Part shown: positions 27,540 to 37,963 of the stretch, piece after piece | How the letters are laid out: each line of letters starts with the position of its first letter | Numbering within the stretch: the stretch's first letter is position 1 | DNA from: Patescibacteria group bacterium | GTDB taxonomy: Bacteria; Patescibacteriota; Dojkabacteria; J137 | NCBI GenBank assembly: GCA_963169855.1 | Contig: CAUJCN010000001.1 | Span: 81,828-145,827 of the forward strand | Direction: 5' to 3' | Length of the DNA: 64,000 nucleotides | The notes under the pieces: model-generated | Told to the model about the DNA's origin: nothing | The model's database searches: none | What the model saw: the letters and a program-made list of their open reading frames with translations, nothing else | Position numbers and translations under genes: made by a program

Positions 27540-27568
27540 ACTATAGTAATTTTTTATCCATCTTGCAA
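27540..27568 (-). promoter_or_regulatory. σ70-like promoter candidate for the P1/giant-fibre transcription unit
   Basis: On the minus strand: TTGCAA, a 17-nt spacer, then TATAGT, about 25 nt upstream of the P1 ATG. Confidence 0.35.
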
Positions 27569-27620
27569 GTGTGTAAAAAATATTCTGTGATAATATCGAC
27601 TGTATAGTTAATAAAACTCT

Positions 27621-28142
27621 ATGCAACGTCCTGATTGGGAAACCCCTGTAGATACTGTCGAAGAATTTGCTGATTACTTTTGTCTAACTGACTTTGAAGT
27701 TGGGTTTGACCGAATTTCCAAAGATAGGATATTAGCTGGGTTTGTTTTTCAACCGAATCATATACAAGAGTCGGTAATTTTACATGTAGATTTGAATCTT
27801 TCGACCTATGTTTTGGTTACTGACTTCTTTTATCAGAGGAGTCGTAATTGTGTGGATATGCTTGCCTTCCTAACAGCAATTGGAGCTAGGTTTAATACTA
27901 CAGTTTGCCAACAGATCATTCCTCAACAGTTAGAGTTCCCAACTGCCAATGGGTGTTTGTACATGAGTAGGGTGGGTGAGAGTTTCCAATTGAAACTCTT
28001 TACCAATGCGAATAAGAAATCTCGTGATTTTATACTAGACCAGACTCAATTCCTTAAACTTGTCGCAGGTTTCCCTGAGTGGATTACTTCTGAGATCATA
28101 GTAGATGTCATCAATAAAGTAGTATCGCAGGAAGAAGAATAG
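27621..28142 (+). CDS. Hypothetical protein (173 aa)
   Basis: Intact ORF divergent from the fibre locus. No recognisable motif. Confidence 0.45.
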   Translation: MQRPDWETPVDTVEEFADYFCLTDFEVGFDRISKDRILAGFVFQPNHIQESVILHVDLNLSTYVLVTDFFYQRSRNCVDMLAFLTAIGARFNTTVCQQIIPQQLEFPTANGCLYMSRVGESFQLKLFTNANKKSRDFILDQTQFLKLVAGFPEWITSEIIVDVINKVVSQEEE

Positions 28143-28297
28143 CTAAGTGTCCGTATTCCTATGCCTAGTAATTCGAATACATTATTTATACGTAATTATC
28201 CACAGTAATTTGTTGCTAGAGACATGGTGCGAAATTACTCAGAAGAAATTTAGTTAATATAATCCAACACAAAGTGTGCGAATGCAGGACAGTCTTA

Positions 28298-29431
28298 TTA
28301 GATAAGAGAATCCACTACTTGGTTCTGTAAATCCAATCCTTTTTCTGTAAGTTTGATAGTAGTTTCAGAGATCTCTAGAAGACCATTTTTTTGTGAGATT
28401 TTCAGCTTTTCTTCAAAGAATTTGTATAGATCAATCCCGTGTTTTTTATTCATCAAAGTAACATCAATCCCCTTCAAATCTCTCAGCCCAACTAAGAGCA
28501 ATTCAAAAGCCAAGTCAGCACTAGAAAGTTTAATTTCGTTGTACCACTCAGCACTGTCCGAAATTGTCCTAATGTATTTTTCTAGACTCCTTACATTTTC
28601 TTTTCTAACCGAATTTAGTCTTCCTACCGCCGATGCTCCGATGCCAATATAATCGTTTCCTTCCCAAAAATCTAAATTGTGCTGTGATTGAAATCCTGGT
28701 TTAGAGAAATTGGAAATCTCGTATTGTACGTATCCTGAACTACCAAGCATTTCTCTAGCTTTTGCATACATTTGCCTGTTTCCCTCATCTTCGATTTCTG
28801 AATACTTTCCCTTTGCCTTCATTAGACCAAATGTCGAATCGTCTCCAACTTCAAGAGAGTAGGTTGAAATATGGTTCGGATTCATTGCAATCACCTTTTC
28901 TAAAGATTCAATCCATTCCTCAATGTTATGACCTTGAAACCCAAAAATTAGATCTATGTTGAAATTTATGATTCCTAGATCCTTCACAATTTTAATTTTT
29001 TCTACAAATTCTTCATTAGTATATTGCCTTCCAATATCTTTGAGAATCGAATTCTGCCACGCTTGAAGTCCAATACTCAACCTGGTCATGCCTTTTTTAA
29101 GCAGGCGGCTTAATTTATCTTTAGTAATATCCTCTGGGTTAGTTTCTACAGCAAGCTCTTTTAGTTGTGATAGACCAAAATTATCATGTATAAAATCTAT
29201 TAAATCTTCCACTTCTTTAACCTCGACAAAAGATGGAGTACCACCTCCTAAGTAAATCGTTGTAAATCCAGATATTTCATGGCTATCTTTGAACCACAGG
29301 AGTTCTTTTTTCATTGCTGAGAAATAGTCTGCAACTCTTTCTGGAGTCCCCGGACGAATGTAAAAGGAGCAGTATTTACACCTGACCTTGCAGTATGGAA
29401 TATGAATGTATAGGTTTACGTAATTTGACAT
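28298..29431 (-). CDS. hemW: Radical SAM protein, HemW/HemN-like (oxygen-independent coproporphyrinogen-III oxidase-like haem chaperone)
   Basis: 'LYIHIPYCKVRCKYCSFY' is the CxxxCxxC radical-SAM cluster motif in a HemW-like context. The start is placed at an internal Met ('MSNYVNLYIHIP'). The ORF track extends to 29509. Confidence 0.75.
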   Translation of the reverse strand: MSNYVNLYIHIPYCKVRCKYCSFYIRPGTPERVADYFSAMKKELLWFKDSHEISGFTTIYLGGGTPSFVEVKEVEDLIDFIHDNFGLSQLKELAVETNPEDITKDKLSRLLKKGMTRLSIGLQAWQNSILKDIGRQYTNEEFVEKIKIVKDLGIINFNIDLIFGFQGHNIEEWIESLEKVIAMNPNHISTYSLEVGDDSTFGLMKAKGKYSEIEDEGNRQMYAKAREMLGSSGYVQYEISNFSKPGFQSQHNLDFWEGNDYIGIGASAVGRLNSVRKENVRSLEKYIRTISDSAEWYNEIKLSSADLAFELLLVGLRDLKGIDVTLMNKKHGIDLYKFFEEKLKISQKNGLLEISETTIKLTEKGLDLQNQVVDSLI

Positions 29432-29536
29432 TGACTGATTATACCAATAGATAGCCTTAATCAGTAATTTACTATAGGGCTGGAAACTGACGGTTAAATT
29501 TGCCATCATTTTAGTATTACTTATTACTCAAAGTTT

Positions 29537-30361
29537 ATGAATCACTTCGATAACTTACAACATAGTTTCGTAGACGCTTCTAAAGAAAACATTCAATTTG
29601 AATGGGGACAGATCACTATGGATGTTTCTAAGGGATGGTTAAGATTACAACTAGGGCAAGGTTACGAAGGAACAATTCAATTTGAAATTTCAGAGCAACA
29701 AGCTCAGGATGTGATATATGCAAAAGATGATTTTGCAGACTTTGGAAGGATGATAAGTTACCTAAAAGATATCGTTGCAACAAGAGCTCAGAAGGTGGAA
29801 TTTTTTTATGAAAGTGACCAGGTTTACGCTTTTACAATGATTCACTCTGCAGCGATACGAGAGTTTTTATCGGTACTAACGCCTGAAACTACCTTCGATG
29901 AACTAGAAGAATATCTGACTATTGCTTGTGATCTGCCAGGATGGGATATAGAGAAGGATGGGTTTTTATATGACATTGATTTTGTTTGGGGAGGAAATCT
30001 TTCCTTTTACGAGAATAAAGAGCCAGATTCTGACGGAATAGACGAAACAGTATCTTTGGACATAGTTTTAGGAAACGATACAACAGTTGGATTATCTTTA
30101 ACAATCAGAGATGAAGAATATAGATATTTAGTAGCGAGAGTTTCGCCCAACACTACATTCGAGGATATGTTTAGAGAAATTGTAATATTGAAACATGGGA
30201 AAGTGGGTTTTACAATTTATGATTCAGAAGAATACAGAGAGATGCCAGTTTCCCTTTCAGAAGAAGATTTCGATGCATTTACTACAATGCTGAATCCAAC
30301 CATTTCATACGAGGAAGCTACTTTAGCTCTTCCAGTAAGTGAAGGTAAAGACTTAACTTGA
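29537..30361 (+). CDS. Hypothetical protein (274 aa)
   Basis: Intact ORF. Its 3' end overlaps the msrA 3' tail by 145 nt, convergently. Confidence 0.45.
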   Translation: MNHFDNLQHSFVDASKENIQFEWGQITMDVSKGWLRLQLGQGYEGTIQFEISEQQAQDVIYAKDDFADFGRMISYLKDIVATRAQKVEFFYESDQVYAFTMIHSAAIREFLSVLTPETTFDELEEYLTIACDLPGWDIEKDGFLYDIDFVWGGNLSFYENKEPDSDGIDETVSLDIVLGNDTTVGLSLTIRDEEYRYLVARVSPNTTFEDMFREIVILKHGKVGFTIYDSEEYREMPVSLSEEDFDAFTTMLNPTISYEEATLALPVSEGKDLT

Positions 30362-30879
30362 TCTTTGAATTGATCCAAGAATTTTCTAATTTTTGGATCA
30401 ATTACTATTCTGCAGTAAGGCTGATTTCTATTTTGATTGTAATAATCTTCGTGATATTCCTCTGCAGGGTAGAACTTCTCGAATTTATCTACTGTCGTTA
30501 CAATAGGATCTGGATAAATTTTTTCTCCGTCAACTCTTTCTATTACCTTTGTTGCCAACGACATTTCTTCTGCATCGTTAGTAAAAATTACAGATCTGTA
30601 TTGTGTTCCGAGGTCGTTTCCTTGTCTATTGAGAGTTGTGGGATCGTGAGTTTTCAGGAAGATTTCAAATATTGTTTCTAAATTGATAACAGAATCATCG
30701 TATTCTACCTTTACTGATTCAACATAATCCGTTAATCCTGAAGCTACTTGTTCATAAGTTGGATTGTCTTCCACTCCGCCACAGTATCCACTTTGTACAG
30801 AAGTAACGCCTTTAACTCTCTGGAAAACAGCTTCTGTACACCAAAAGCATCCTCCACCCAAAACTATTGATTTCGTCAT
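30217..30879 (-). CDS. msrA: Peptide methionine sulfoxide reductase MsrA (with an unusual C-terminal tail of about 45 aa)
   Basis: 'IVLGGGCFWCTEAVFQ' is the GCFWC catalytic motif at the N-terminus. The start is placed at 'MTKSIV'. Confidence 0.8.
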   Translation of the reverse strand: MTKSIVLGGGCFWCTEAVFQRVKGVTSVQSGYCGGVEDNPTYEQVASGLTDYVESVKVEYDDSVINLETIFEIFLKTHDPTTLNRQGNDLGTQYRSVIFTNDAEEMSLATKVIERVDGEKIYPDPIVTTVDKFEKFYPAEEYHEDYYNQNRNQPYCRIVIDPKIRKFLDQFKDQVKSLPSLTGRAKVASSYEMVGFSIVVNASKSSSERETGISLYSSES

Positions 30880-30914
30880 GATGTGAGATATAATCACCAT
30901 ATTGTAAATCTTTT

Positions 30915-32051
30915 ATGGAGACTAGTACAGTTGATAAAACAGAAATCGGAAAACCTCCTTTGGGTTATTCAGCATTTTTTCCTATCTATCGATTCGTAAA
31001 CCAGTTAATTCAAAATGATATCTATAACTCGGGAATAGAAGATCCCAACGAACTTACCGAATACTTAATAGATCATATTAAGGCAAGGTTAGAGGAAGAT
31101 TATAGAGAAAGCCCTGATTCTTTTTACGATATGTTACTTCCAGAATCTGGAAAGCATTACTTAGTTTTTCAATTAAGTGGAATTACATACGCAGTGAATG
31201 TTCTTCATGCTGTTAATCTCGATATTGATGAAACAACAAACGAACTCGTAACAAACAATGGACCTGAAATTATAATAATGGCTGAACAACCTCTAAGACT
31301 AGAAATTAGCAACAGGCGTTTTGTGATGCACGAGTATGAGAAAGGAACTTCCTTGAATTACATTGCTACACATTACGAGGATCAAACCATTTCCAGGACA
31401 ATATTCTTTGATTTATCTGAAAGTGTAATAGGAATTCAGGATTACACTTACTCTTTTCAGGAGGGTCAAATGGTAAAAGATACCCATACTTCAAGGATTG
31501 GACATTCAGATATTCATGCTTTAGAGTGGACAGAAACTTACATGAATCCGGATAAAAGCTGGTTTGATATACCAAATTCTTTAATCGGAGAGCCTGTTGG
31601 CAAACTATGGCTATACAGACAGACAAGAGGTGAACGGTTAGGAAAATTAACCGAAACAAGTTACACCTTATATGTAGCTGAAGAACCGTTATCATACAAG
31701 GAATTCCGTAGAAGACAGAAAGAAGGGGATTATTCAAGTATCTATTCAAAACACGAAAGACTTCCTGAAGGTGATTGTATAATGTCACACGTTTCCCACG
31801 AAGGAATTGAATATATTATACAAATCGATTCAATAAACGATAAAGTCGTTTGTAGTGTTAATAATGTAATTGTAGGAGAATTTAAGGCTGGTGACAGATC
31901 TTATACTTATCAACCACCTTATCATATGGAGTCTGGAGTTTCGGTAGTGTTAGACAGAAATGGGTACTCTTTTTATCTAGAGAATTGCTTAGTTACAATT
32001 CAGATTCAAGATGGCCACATTCCATACGCAAAACTCTTGCCAGCAGCATAA
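30915..32051 (+). CDS. Hypothetical protein (378 aa)
   Basis: Intact ORF with no recognisable motif. Confidence 0.45.
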   Translation: METSTVDKTEIGKPPLGYSAFFPIYRFVNQLIQNDIYNSGIEDPNELTEYLIDHIKARLEEDYRESPDSFYDMLLPESGKHYLVFQLSGITYAVNVLHAVNLDIDETTNELVTNNGPEIIIMAEQPLRLEISNRRFVMHEYEKGTSLNYIATHYEDQTISRTIFFDLSESVIGIQDYTYSFQEGQMVKDTHTSRIGHSDIHALEWTETYMNPDKSWFDIPNSLIGEPVGKLWLYRQTRGERLGKLTETSYTLYVAEEPLSYKEFRRRQKEGDYSSIYSKHERLPEGDCIMSHVSHEGIEYIIQIDSINDKVVCSVNNVIVGEFKAGDRSYTYQPPYHMESGVSVVLDRNGYSFYLENCLVTIQIQDGHIPYAKLLPAA

Positions 32052-32090
32052 ATCTATCTTCTATTGTGTTAAAATTATAGAGCAAGTCAT

Positions 32091-32164
32091 GCACCATTAG
32101 CTCAACTGGATAGAGCATCTGTCTTCGGAACAGAAGGTTGGGGGTTCGAATCCCTCATGGTGTA
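32091..32164 (+). tRNA. tRNA-Arg (anticodon UCG)
   Basis: Cloverleaf folded by hand. Acceptor GCACCAT/ATGGTGT. D-arm GCTC-AACTGGATA-GAGC. Anticodon stem TCTGT/ACAGA with loop CTTCGGA. T-arm GGGGG-TTCGAAT-CCCTC. Discriminator A. CCA is not encoded. Confidence 0.8.
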
Positions 32165-32237
32165 TTCTTCAAAGTTTTGATATTTTCAGTTTTCTGCTAT
32201 CCTTAAGTAAATCGCATTAATTTTTACTATTTTTACA

Positions 32238-32834
32238 ATGTCAAACTTTAGTCTCGAACCAAATCCCATGACAAATCCTACTACCGAAACACCTATGTCA
32301 CAGCCTCAATCTCTTTTAGAAACAACTACAGCACCTCTTATAGATAATCCAACAGTTGAAGCACCCACTGCCCAACTTGTGGAAACTGTAACTCAAACAG
32401 CAGAAACACCTGCTCTAAAAGAAAGACCTTCAGAACCTGTCGCTGAATTACAAACTAAACTAAGAATTAAGTTTGTATCAATTGAAGAAGAGACATTACA
32501 AAAACTTGAAGCAGTACGTAAAGAAAAAGGTCTTAGAGGGGTCGATTACGCTGCACAAAACCTATTAAGATCACAAGGTGATATCCACAACATGAATGCC
32601 ATTAGGATAGCAGAGATATTAAATAGCTCCATGGATTTTAATAAGATGAACTTGTCAGGGAGAGATGCCGAATTCAGAGCAAATTTTTTTGATACACTTT
32701 TAGATAGGGCTGAAAGACTTAGAACTGCTTGCATAGATTTCACTTCATTAGAGGGCGGGACATCAGATTTATATTCAAAGTTAAGTGATTTGATCGCTTT
32801 CTTAACTCCTATCGTTCAAGGAGCTCAGGTTTAG
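32238..32834 (+). CDS. Hypothetical protein with a Pro/Thr/Glu-rich N-terminal region (198 aa)
   Basis: Intact ORF. The N-terminal third is low-complexity. Confidence 0.45.
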   Translation: MSNFSLEPNPMTNPTTETPMSQPQSLLETTTAPLIDNPTVEAPTAQLVETVTQTAETPALKERPSEPVAELQTKLRIKFVSIEEETLQKLEAVRKEKGLRGVDYAAQNLLRSQGDIHNMNAIRIAEILNSSMDFNKMNLSGRDAEFRANFFDTLLDRAERLRTACIDFTSLEGGTSDLYSKLSDLIAFLTPIVQGAQV

Positions 32835-32835
32835 T

Positions 32836-33408
32836 TTAAGGTTCTAATTGGGCGTATTCCATCTCGGGATGTGGATATTGCCCATTAAATCTTTCAGTAA
32901 ACTTTCTCCATTTTTGAGGAATTGTAACTGACATCTTTTTTAGTTCATTTTTTGATCCATTCAATAATGTTTCCCAGTCATTTTCTTTCAATTTAAGAAC
33001 CGAACCTTCCATTGAATAGAATACATCGCTACAAGTTTCAGTTACTTCAAGCAAATCTCCAATAGGTGCTTTTAAAGCATACTGAACAATATCAATGCCT
33101 GAATTGGAAAAATAATCTTGAAAATTTTTCATTTTATTTTCGAACATTTTTCCTAAAATTTGCTGCCTAGTTGGAGGATATCTTGTTGTTCCATTTTTCT
33201 TTTCGATAATAGCGTAAAGCTCTGAGACAATAACAGGAAAAGGAATATGAAAATGATGAGATTGATATTGGGTTAACAGCCAAAGAATTCTGAATGATTT
33301 TTCGTTTAAAGTAGCAAACAATTTCAATCTTTCCCATACAGGGCCATAAATTTTCCTTCTTAAAACTCGAGGAGATTCTTCCGAAGAGTGTTCGCGTACT
33401 TTATCCAT
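32836..33408 (-). CDS. Hypothetical protein (190 aa)
   Basis: Intact ORF. Confidence 0.45.
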   Translation of the reverse strand: MDKVREHSSEESPRVLRRKIYGPVWERLKLFATLNEKSFRILWLLTQYQSHHFHIPFPVIVSELYAIIEKKNGTTRYPPTRQQILGKMFENKMKNFQDYFSNSGIDIVQYALKAPIGDLLEVTETCSDVFYSMEGSVLKLKENDWETLLNGSKNELKKMSVTIPQKWRKFTERFNGQYPHPEMEYAQLEP

Positions 33409-33467
33409 CTTTAAGATTTTATATCTCGAGATTAGGTTCTGTAAACGAACTATAGTAAAATATTTAT

Positions 33468-33668
33468 ATGTTCATGGAATTTCTAACATCATTGTGGCAC
33501 TTCATTAAATGGTTCCTTCGAGGACTTGGAAGTCTACTTTTATGGGTAGTCGACAAAATAATGATTCTTGTTTGGGGAATTCTCGATATGATTACAGATA
33601 TTCTTGTTGCAATCGATTTTACAGGAATACTTGCAGATCTTTTTGATAAGAAGGATAAAGTAGAGTAG
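33468..33668 (+). CDS. Small hypothetical hydrophobic protein (66 aa)
   Basis: ORF with one or two predicted TM segments. It could be spurious. Confidence 0.25.
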   Translation: MFMEFLTSLWHFIKWFLRGLGSLLLWVVDKIMILVWGILDMITDILVAIDFTGILADLFDKKDKVE

Positions 33669-34130
33669 TTATTGTTCTACTTCAACAACCTTCTTTCTGT
33701 TTTTCATAATTCCTACAATAGAAATTACAATAATTGCTATAAATGATGCCAACGACATCATTGGGATTGTAAGGAATCCAAACAACTCCAAAACAATTTC
33801 ATTGCAAGATTGACCTTGTGAACATGCTCCTAGAGCGCTTGGAACGCCTGTTTGTTCAATATAAACATGATAGGCTGCAACTGCTCCCCCAACTATTGAT
33901 AAAATCAAATAGAAAGGATATAACTTCTTTTTAAATACAACAGCCGCTGCTGCAATAAATGCAATTGGATACATAAAGTATCTTTGAACAATACAAAGCG
34001 CGCAAGGAGGTAAATTATATACGTATTGAAAAGTTAAACTTCCCATCATAGAAGCAAAAGCAATCAGAAAAATTGTAGTTTCTGAAAATACAAAATTGTA
34101 AATTGATTGAAAAAGTTTATTTGTTTTCAT
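33669..34130 (-). CDS. dsbB: DsbB-like disulfide bond formation protein (membrane thiol oxidase)
   Basis: Four TM helices. 'PPCALCIVQRYFMY' parallels the E. coli DsbB first-loop 'PCVLCIYERVALF' CxxC motif. The second Cys pair is 'CSQGQSC'. Confidence 0.6.
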   Translation of the reverse strand: MKTNKLFQSIYNFVFSETTIFLIAFASMMGSLTFQYVYNLPPCALCIVQRYFMYPIAFIAAAAVVFKKKLYPFYLILSIVGGAVAAYHVYIEQTGVPSALGACSQGQSCNEIVLELFGFLTIPMMSLASFIAIIVISIVGIMKNRKKVVEVEQ

Positions 34131-35571
34131 CTAGTTTAGGAAATAAAATAATAACTTCTCGATTTTTTAAAGCTTCGATTGCTTTAGCTGTAGCCTCTGG
34201 AAGTATAGGTGAGTAGAGCGTATTTACAACACTTAACAGGTAACTTAAGTTGTTAAGAACATTTTCTACTTTAGCATTATCAGTCTCTAACCAAGGTTTG
34301 TTTTCATCGATATACTTATTTCCAAAAGTCGATAATTCGTTGATTGTGTCGGCCGCCAGTTTGATTTCGTATGCATCAAAATAACCTTCAACCTTGGTTC
34401 TAAATTCGTCAACTTGAGCTTTAAATTCTGAATCCACTTTTGCGTGATTATTAATCTCAACTTGTTTTTTATTCGAAAGATGAATTACTCTGTTTAGCAA
34501 GTTTCCGTAGTTGTTCCCTAGAACTCCATTGTATAAAGCTTCTAGTCTTTCGACGCTAAAATCCCCGTCATTTCCTAATTGGAATTCTGTTAGTAATGAA
34601 TATCTAATTGCATCCACTGGATATTTCTTTTTTAATTCGAGAGGATCGATTGCATTCCCATTACTTTTTCCTAGTTTAACTCCACCAACTGTAAAATGCC
34701 CGTGAACCAGAACTTGAGCAGGTAAAGGTAATCCAGCTGACTTCAACATTGCTGGCCATAAAATTGCATGAAATTTCAGAATATCTTTTCCTACAAAGTG
34801 TCTTGCCTCTGGCCAAAACTCATCTGTAAATCCTTTAGCTTTTACCTCGTCAAAATTAAATACTGATAAGTAGTTTGGTAATGCGTCGTACCATACATAA
34901 ATTGTCTGAGAAGGATCGAAAGGAACTGGAATTCCCCATTTTACTGATTCTCTGGAAATCGAAACGTCGTTTAAACCTTCCTTTACTAGCCCAACAACAT
35001 AGTCATACCATTTTGAAGGAAATACAAATTCTTTGTTCTGTTCTAGATATTCTAATAACCAGTCTTGGTATTTTGATAGTCTAAAGAAGTAATTCTTTTC
35101 TGAAAGTTGAACCAAAGTTTTAGTAGGGTGGTCTGGACATTTTCCATCAACAATCTCGGAGTCAGTTTTGAAAGATTCGCAACCTTCACAATACAAACCT
35201 TCGTAGCTTTTTTCGTAGATGTCTCCGTTATCAAATGATTTCTGTAGTAAATCTTGTGCAAACTTTTCGTGAACTGGATTAGTAGTTCTTATAAAAAAGT
35301 CATGGCTGATTCCTAAGTCTTTCCAAGTTTGGTCGTATAAAGCTGAAAGTTCATCCACAAATTCAATTGGTGTTTTACCAGCTGCTTCTGCAGACTTAGC
35401 TAACTTAGTTCCGTGTTCATCTGTACCTGTGAGGAAAAACACATTCTGATCCCCTAATTTGGCTCTAAAATACCTAGCCAATGTATCTGCAACGAATACG
35501 TTGTAGGCTGTTCCAATGTGAGGTGCACTAGTTGGGTAGAAAATTGGCGTTGTTATGTAAAACTTATTCAT
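34117..35571 (-). CDS. metG: Methionyl-tRNA synthetase (short form, zinc-knuckle CP insertion)
   Basis: 'YITTPIFYPTSAPHIGTAY' is a HIGH-region variant (HIGT). 'VKLGKSNGN' is a KMSKS variant. 'CEGCESF...CPDHP' is a zinc knuckle. The start is placed at 'MNKFYITTP'. Confidence 0.9.
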   Translation of the reverse strand: MNKFYITTPIFYPTSAPHIGTAYNVFVADTLARYFRAKLGDQNVFFLTGTDEHGTKLAKSAEAAGKTPIEFVDELSALYDQTWKDLGISHDFFIRTTNPVHEKFAQDLLQKSFDNGDIYEKSYEGLYCEGCESFKTDSEIVDGKCPDHPTKTLVQLSEKNYFFRLSKYQDWLLEYLEQNKEFVFPSKWYDYVVGLVKEGLNDVSISRESVKWGIPVPFDPSQTIYVWYDALPNYLSVFNFDEVKAKGFTDEFWPEARHFVGKDILKFHAILWPAMLKSAGLPLPAQVLVHGHFTVGGVKLGKSNGNAIDPLELKKKYPVDAIRYSLLTEFQLGNDGDFSVERLEALYNGVLGNNYGNLLNRVIHLSNKKQVEINNHAKVDSEFKAQVDEFRTKVEGYFDAYEIKLAADTINELSTFGNKYIDENKPWLETDNAKVENVLNNLSYLLSVVNTLYSPILPEATAKAIEALKNREVIILFPKLDENK

Positions 35572-35643
35572 GGCTTTAATACCTTGTTTAAATATCAAAT
35601 ATTACAGTAATTGTAACATTTTCAGTCAAGTACCACAGCAGGA

Positions 35644-36261
35644 TCAGGAGATTCTATCGATAACCGCTCGTTGGTCTTCTGGAACAAGATACCTGTAGAT
35701 TTCTACTAAATCTCTTAATTTTTGTTGATCTCCAATTTCAGCACATTTTGCAGGATAAATTCCTATTAACTCTTTTGTATCGAATAGTCCTTGTGCAGAA
35801 TCTACGTTGTAAAGTCCGGGTAGTAAATATTCGTTTTTGTTCCAATTAACGGGCAATGTTATTAGGTTATTCTCTACATTGTAAGATTGAAGAATTTCTG
35901 GTGAACCCTCATTTAAGTAGTAATCAGTTATTCTAGAAGTGAAAAAACAATACTTGTCGTTAGATACTATCTTAATTGAAATATTGGATTCTTCTGGTTT
36001 GTTTTCAACACTAAATGTTTCCGAACCAACTTTAACCTCTTGCTTCTCAGTTCCTTCTACAATTAAAGAATCATACAGTTCTAGAGAATTTCCATTTACA
36101 TCAATTGGAGCATTTTCTAAGTTGAAGACCACAAAAGTATCGAAGTAGCTAATTCTGAAAATGGTTATTGAGTAGGAATACAAAACAACAAGTCCTGTAA
36201 TTAAGAATAATGGTAACCACCAGAAAAGAATTCTATATTTTGGACTTCTGAGCTTTATCAT
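35644..36261 (-). CDS. Hypothetical protein with an N-terminal TM anchor (205 aa)
   Basis: 'ILFWWLPLFLITGLVVLY' TM helix. Confidence 0.45.
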   Translation of the reverse strand: MIKLRSPKYRILFWWLPLFLITGLVVLYSYSITIFRISYFDTFVVFNLENAPIDVNGNSLELYDSLIVEGTEKQEVKVGSETFSVENKPEESNISIKIVSNDKYCFFTSRITDYYLNEGSPEILQSYNVENNLITLPVNWNKNEYLLPGLYNVDSAQGLFDTKELIGIYPAKCAEIGDQQKLRDLVEIYRYLVPEDQRAVIDRIS

Positions 36262-36285
36262 CTTTTTGTCTTTTGATCTTTTTTA

Positions 36286-36603
36286 TTATTCTTCTTTACT
36301 AACAATTTTACTTGTTTTTACGAATTTACCTTTCTTTCTTCCTTCAGTTGCATTCTGTAAAGCTTTTTCGGTATCTAAAGATGGTCTTACAATATCTTCC
36401 TGTAGAATGTTTCCTACAAAATCTTTCAAATGATGTTCTTCCTCGATTCCAGAAATATCCACGTTTTGAATAGACGAAACATATTCAAGAATGCTGTTAA
36501 ACTCGTTTGAATATTTATCTAATTCCGCTTCTGTTAGATTCAGTTTTGCTAATTTAGCAATGTGTTTTACTTCGTCTCTAGTAAGTTTAGCCATATTATT
36601 CAA
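36286..36603 (-). CDS. gatC: Asp/Glu-tRNA(Asn/Gln) amidotransferase subunit C
   Basis: 'LTRDEVKHIAKLAKLNLTEAELDKYSNEFNSILEYV' is a typical GatC N-terminus. An alternative start three codons downstream is possible. Confidence 0.7.
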   Translation of the reverse strand: MNNMAKLTRDEVKHIAKLAKLNLTEAELDKYSNEFNSILEYVSSIQNVDISGIEEEHHLKDFVGNILQEDIVRPSLDTEKALQNATEGRKKGKFVKTSKIVSKEE

Positions 36604-37963
36604 GAACTAATTCTTCCTGTATAGTAGGAATTTCTGTATTTGTAACTCCAACTTCTGCTAATTCCTTCTGATAGGCTAAAGCTCTATCTGGTTCTGCATG
36701 GATAAGGAATACTTTCTTAAGTTTATCTGATCTAAGTCTATTAATCCAATCAATGTAGTCTCCGGAATCTCCATGAGCTGAGAAGCCTTTAAGATGATGG
36801 ATTTTTGCTCTTACTTTTAATGTCTTTGAACCAATTGTTACTTCCTTTTCACCTTCTGTAAGTTGTCTTCCCAAAGTTCCTTCTGCTTGGAATCCAACGA
36901 AAACTACTGAATGCTTAGGATTCTCTAATGCGAATGATAAGTGCTCCATAATTCTTCCTCCATCAGCCATTCCGCTTCCAGCCATAATTACTTGACCTCC
37001 TTTTCTAGAAATTTTCTGAGACTCTTTGTATTTTTTAATGTAATGAAGTCCTGGGAAATCAAATAAGTTACTTGCAGTACTGTCTAAAGCAGAAAAATAA
37101 ATTCGTGTAACTCTTTGTGCTAATGGACTATCCAACCAGACATCTAGTTCTTCTGCCAAAGTTCCTTTCTCTTTTGCTCTTTTAAAGTCGTTCAAAAGTT
37201 CTTGAGTTCTCTGAACAGCAAAACAAGGAATATACACTGATCCGTTTCTTTCAACTGTTTCGTTAATAATTCTGACCATTTCTTCAACAGAATCTTCCCT
37301 TTCTGGATGTCTTTCTCCTCCGTATAAAGACTCAGTAAGAACATAGTCAGGAGTTGCTTTAAAGTCTAAATCAAATGAAGGAATGATGTGCGATTCTTTT
37401 CTTCCGATATCCCCAGAGAAGAAAATACTCTTTTCAACGCCGTTATCCATAATTTTTACTTCGATACTAGCAGCTCCAAGAATGTGTCCAGCTATATGGT
37501 ATTTGATCTTTACACCATTAGCAGGTGAGAATTCTTCTTCAAAATCTACAGGCTTGAACAACATTATTGTGTTTTCTGCATCCTTAGTATTGTAGACAAT
37601 AGCTTTTAACTGAGTGTATTTTCCGTAGAAAACTCCAGTTTTAAAGTTCAATTCTTGAATCTTTGCTGAGTCTAAAAGCAATTCTGTAGAGATTCTGATT
37701 GAGTTGTTTGTAGCAAAAATTGGACCCCTAAATCCGTTTACGTAAAGCTTAGGCAACATTCCTGAGTGGTCTATATGGGCGTGGGTAAGAAGTACAAAAT
37801 CAACTTTAGAAGCGTCGTAAGAAAGAGGTTCTAAATTCAAATGTTCAACATCCGGACCTTGAAACATTCCGCAATCTACAACAAAAGAGCAAGTATCTGT
37901 AGTGACCAAATAGTTTGATCCAGTAACAGTTCCGGCTGCACCGCAAAATTTAATTTTAACCAT
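36596..37963 (-). CDS. Metallo-β-lactamase-fold β-CASP family RNA-metabolising hydrolase (RNase J/CPSF-like)
   Basis: 'LLTHAHIDHSGMLP' is the HxHxDH motif. The C-terminal 'FSAHGDSGD' is RMMBL-like. Confidence 0.7.
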   Translation of the reverse strand: MVKIKFCGAAGTVTGSNYLVTTDTCSFVVDCGMFQGPDVEHLNLEPLSYDASKVDFVLLTHAHIDHSGMLPKLYVNGFRGPIFATNNSIRISTELLLDSAKIQELNFKTGVFYGKYTQLKAIVYNTKDAENTIMLFKPVDFEEEFSPANGVKIKYHIAGHILGAASIEVKIMDNGVEKSIFFSGDIGRKESHIIPSFDLDFKATPDYVLTESLYGGERHPEREDSVEEMVRIINETVERNGSVYIPCFAVQRTQELLNDFKRAKEKGTLAEELDVWLDSPLAQRVTRIYFSALDSTASNLFDFPGLHYIKKYKESQKISRKGGQVIMAGSGMADGGRIMEHLSFALENPKHSVVFVGFQAEGTLGRQLTEGEKEVTIGSKTLKVRAKIHHLKGFSAHGDSGDYIDWINRLRSDKLKKVFLIHAEPDRALAYQKELAEVGVTNTEIPTIQEELVLE

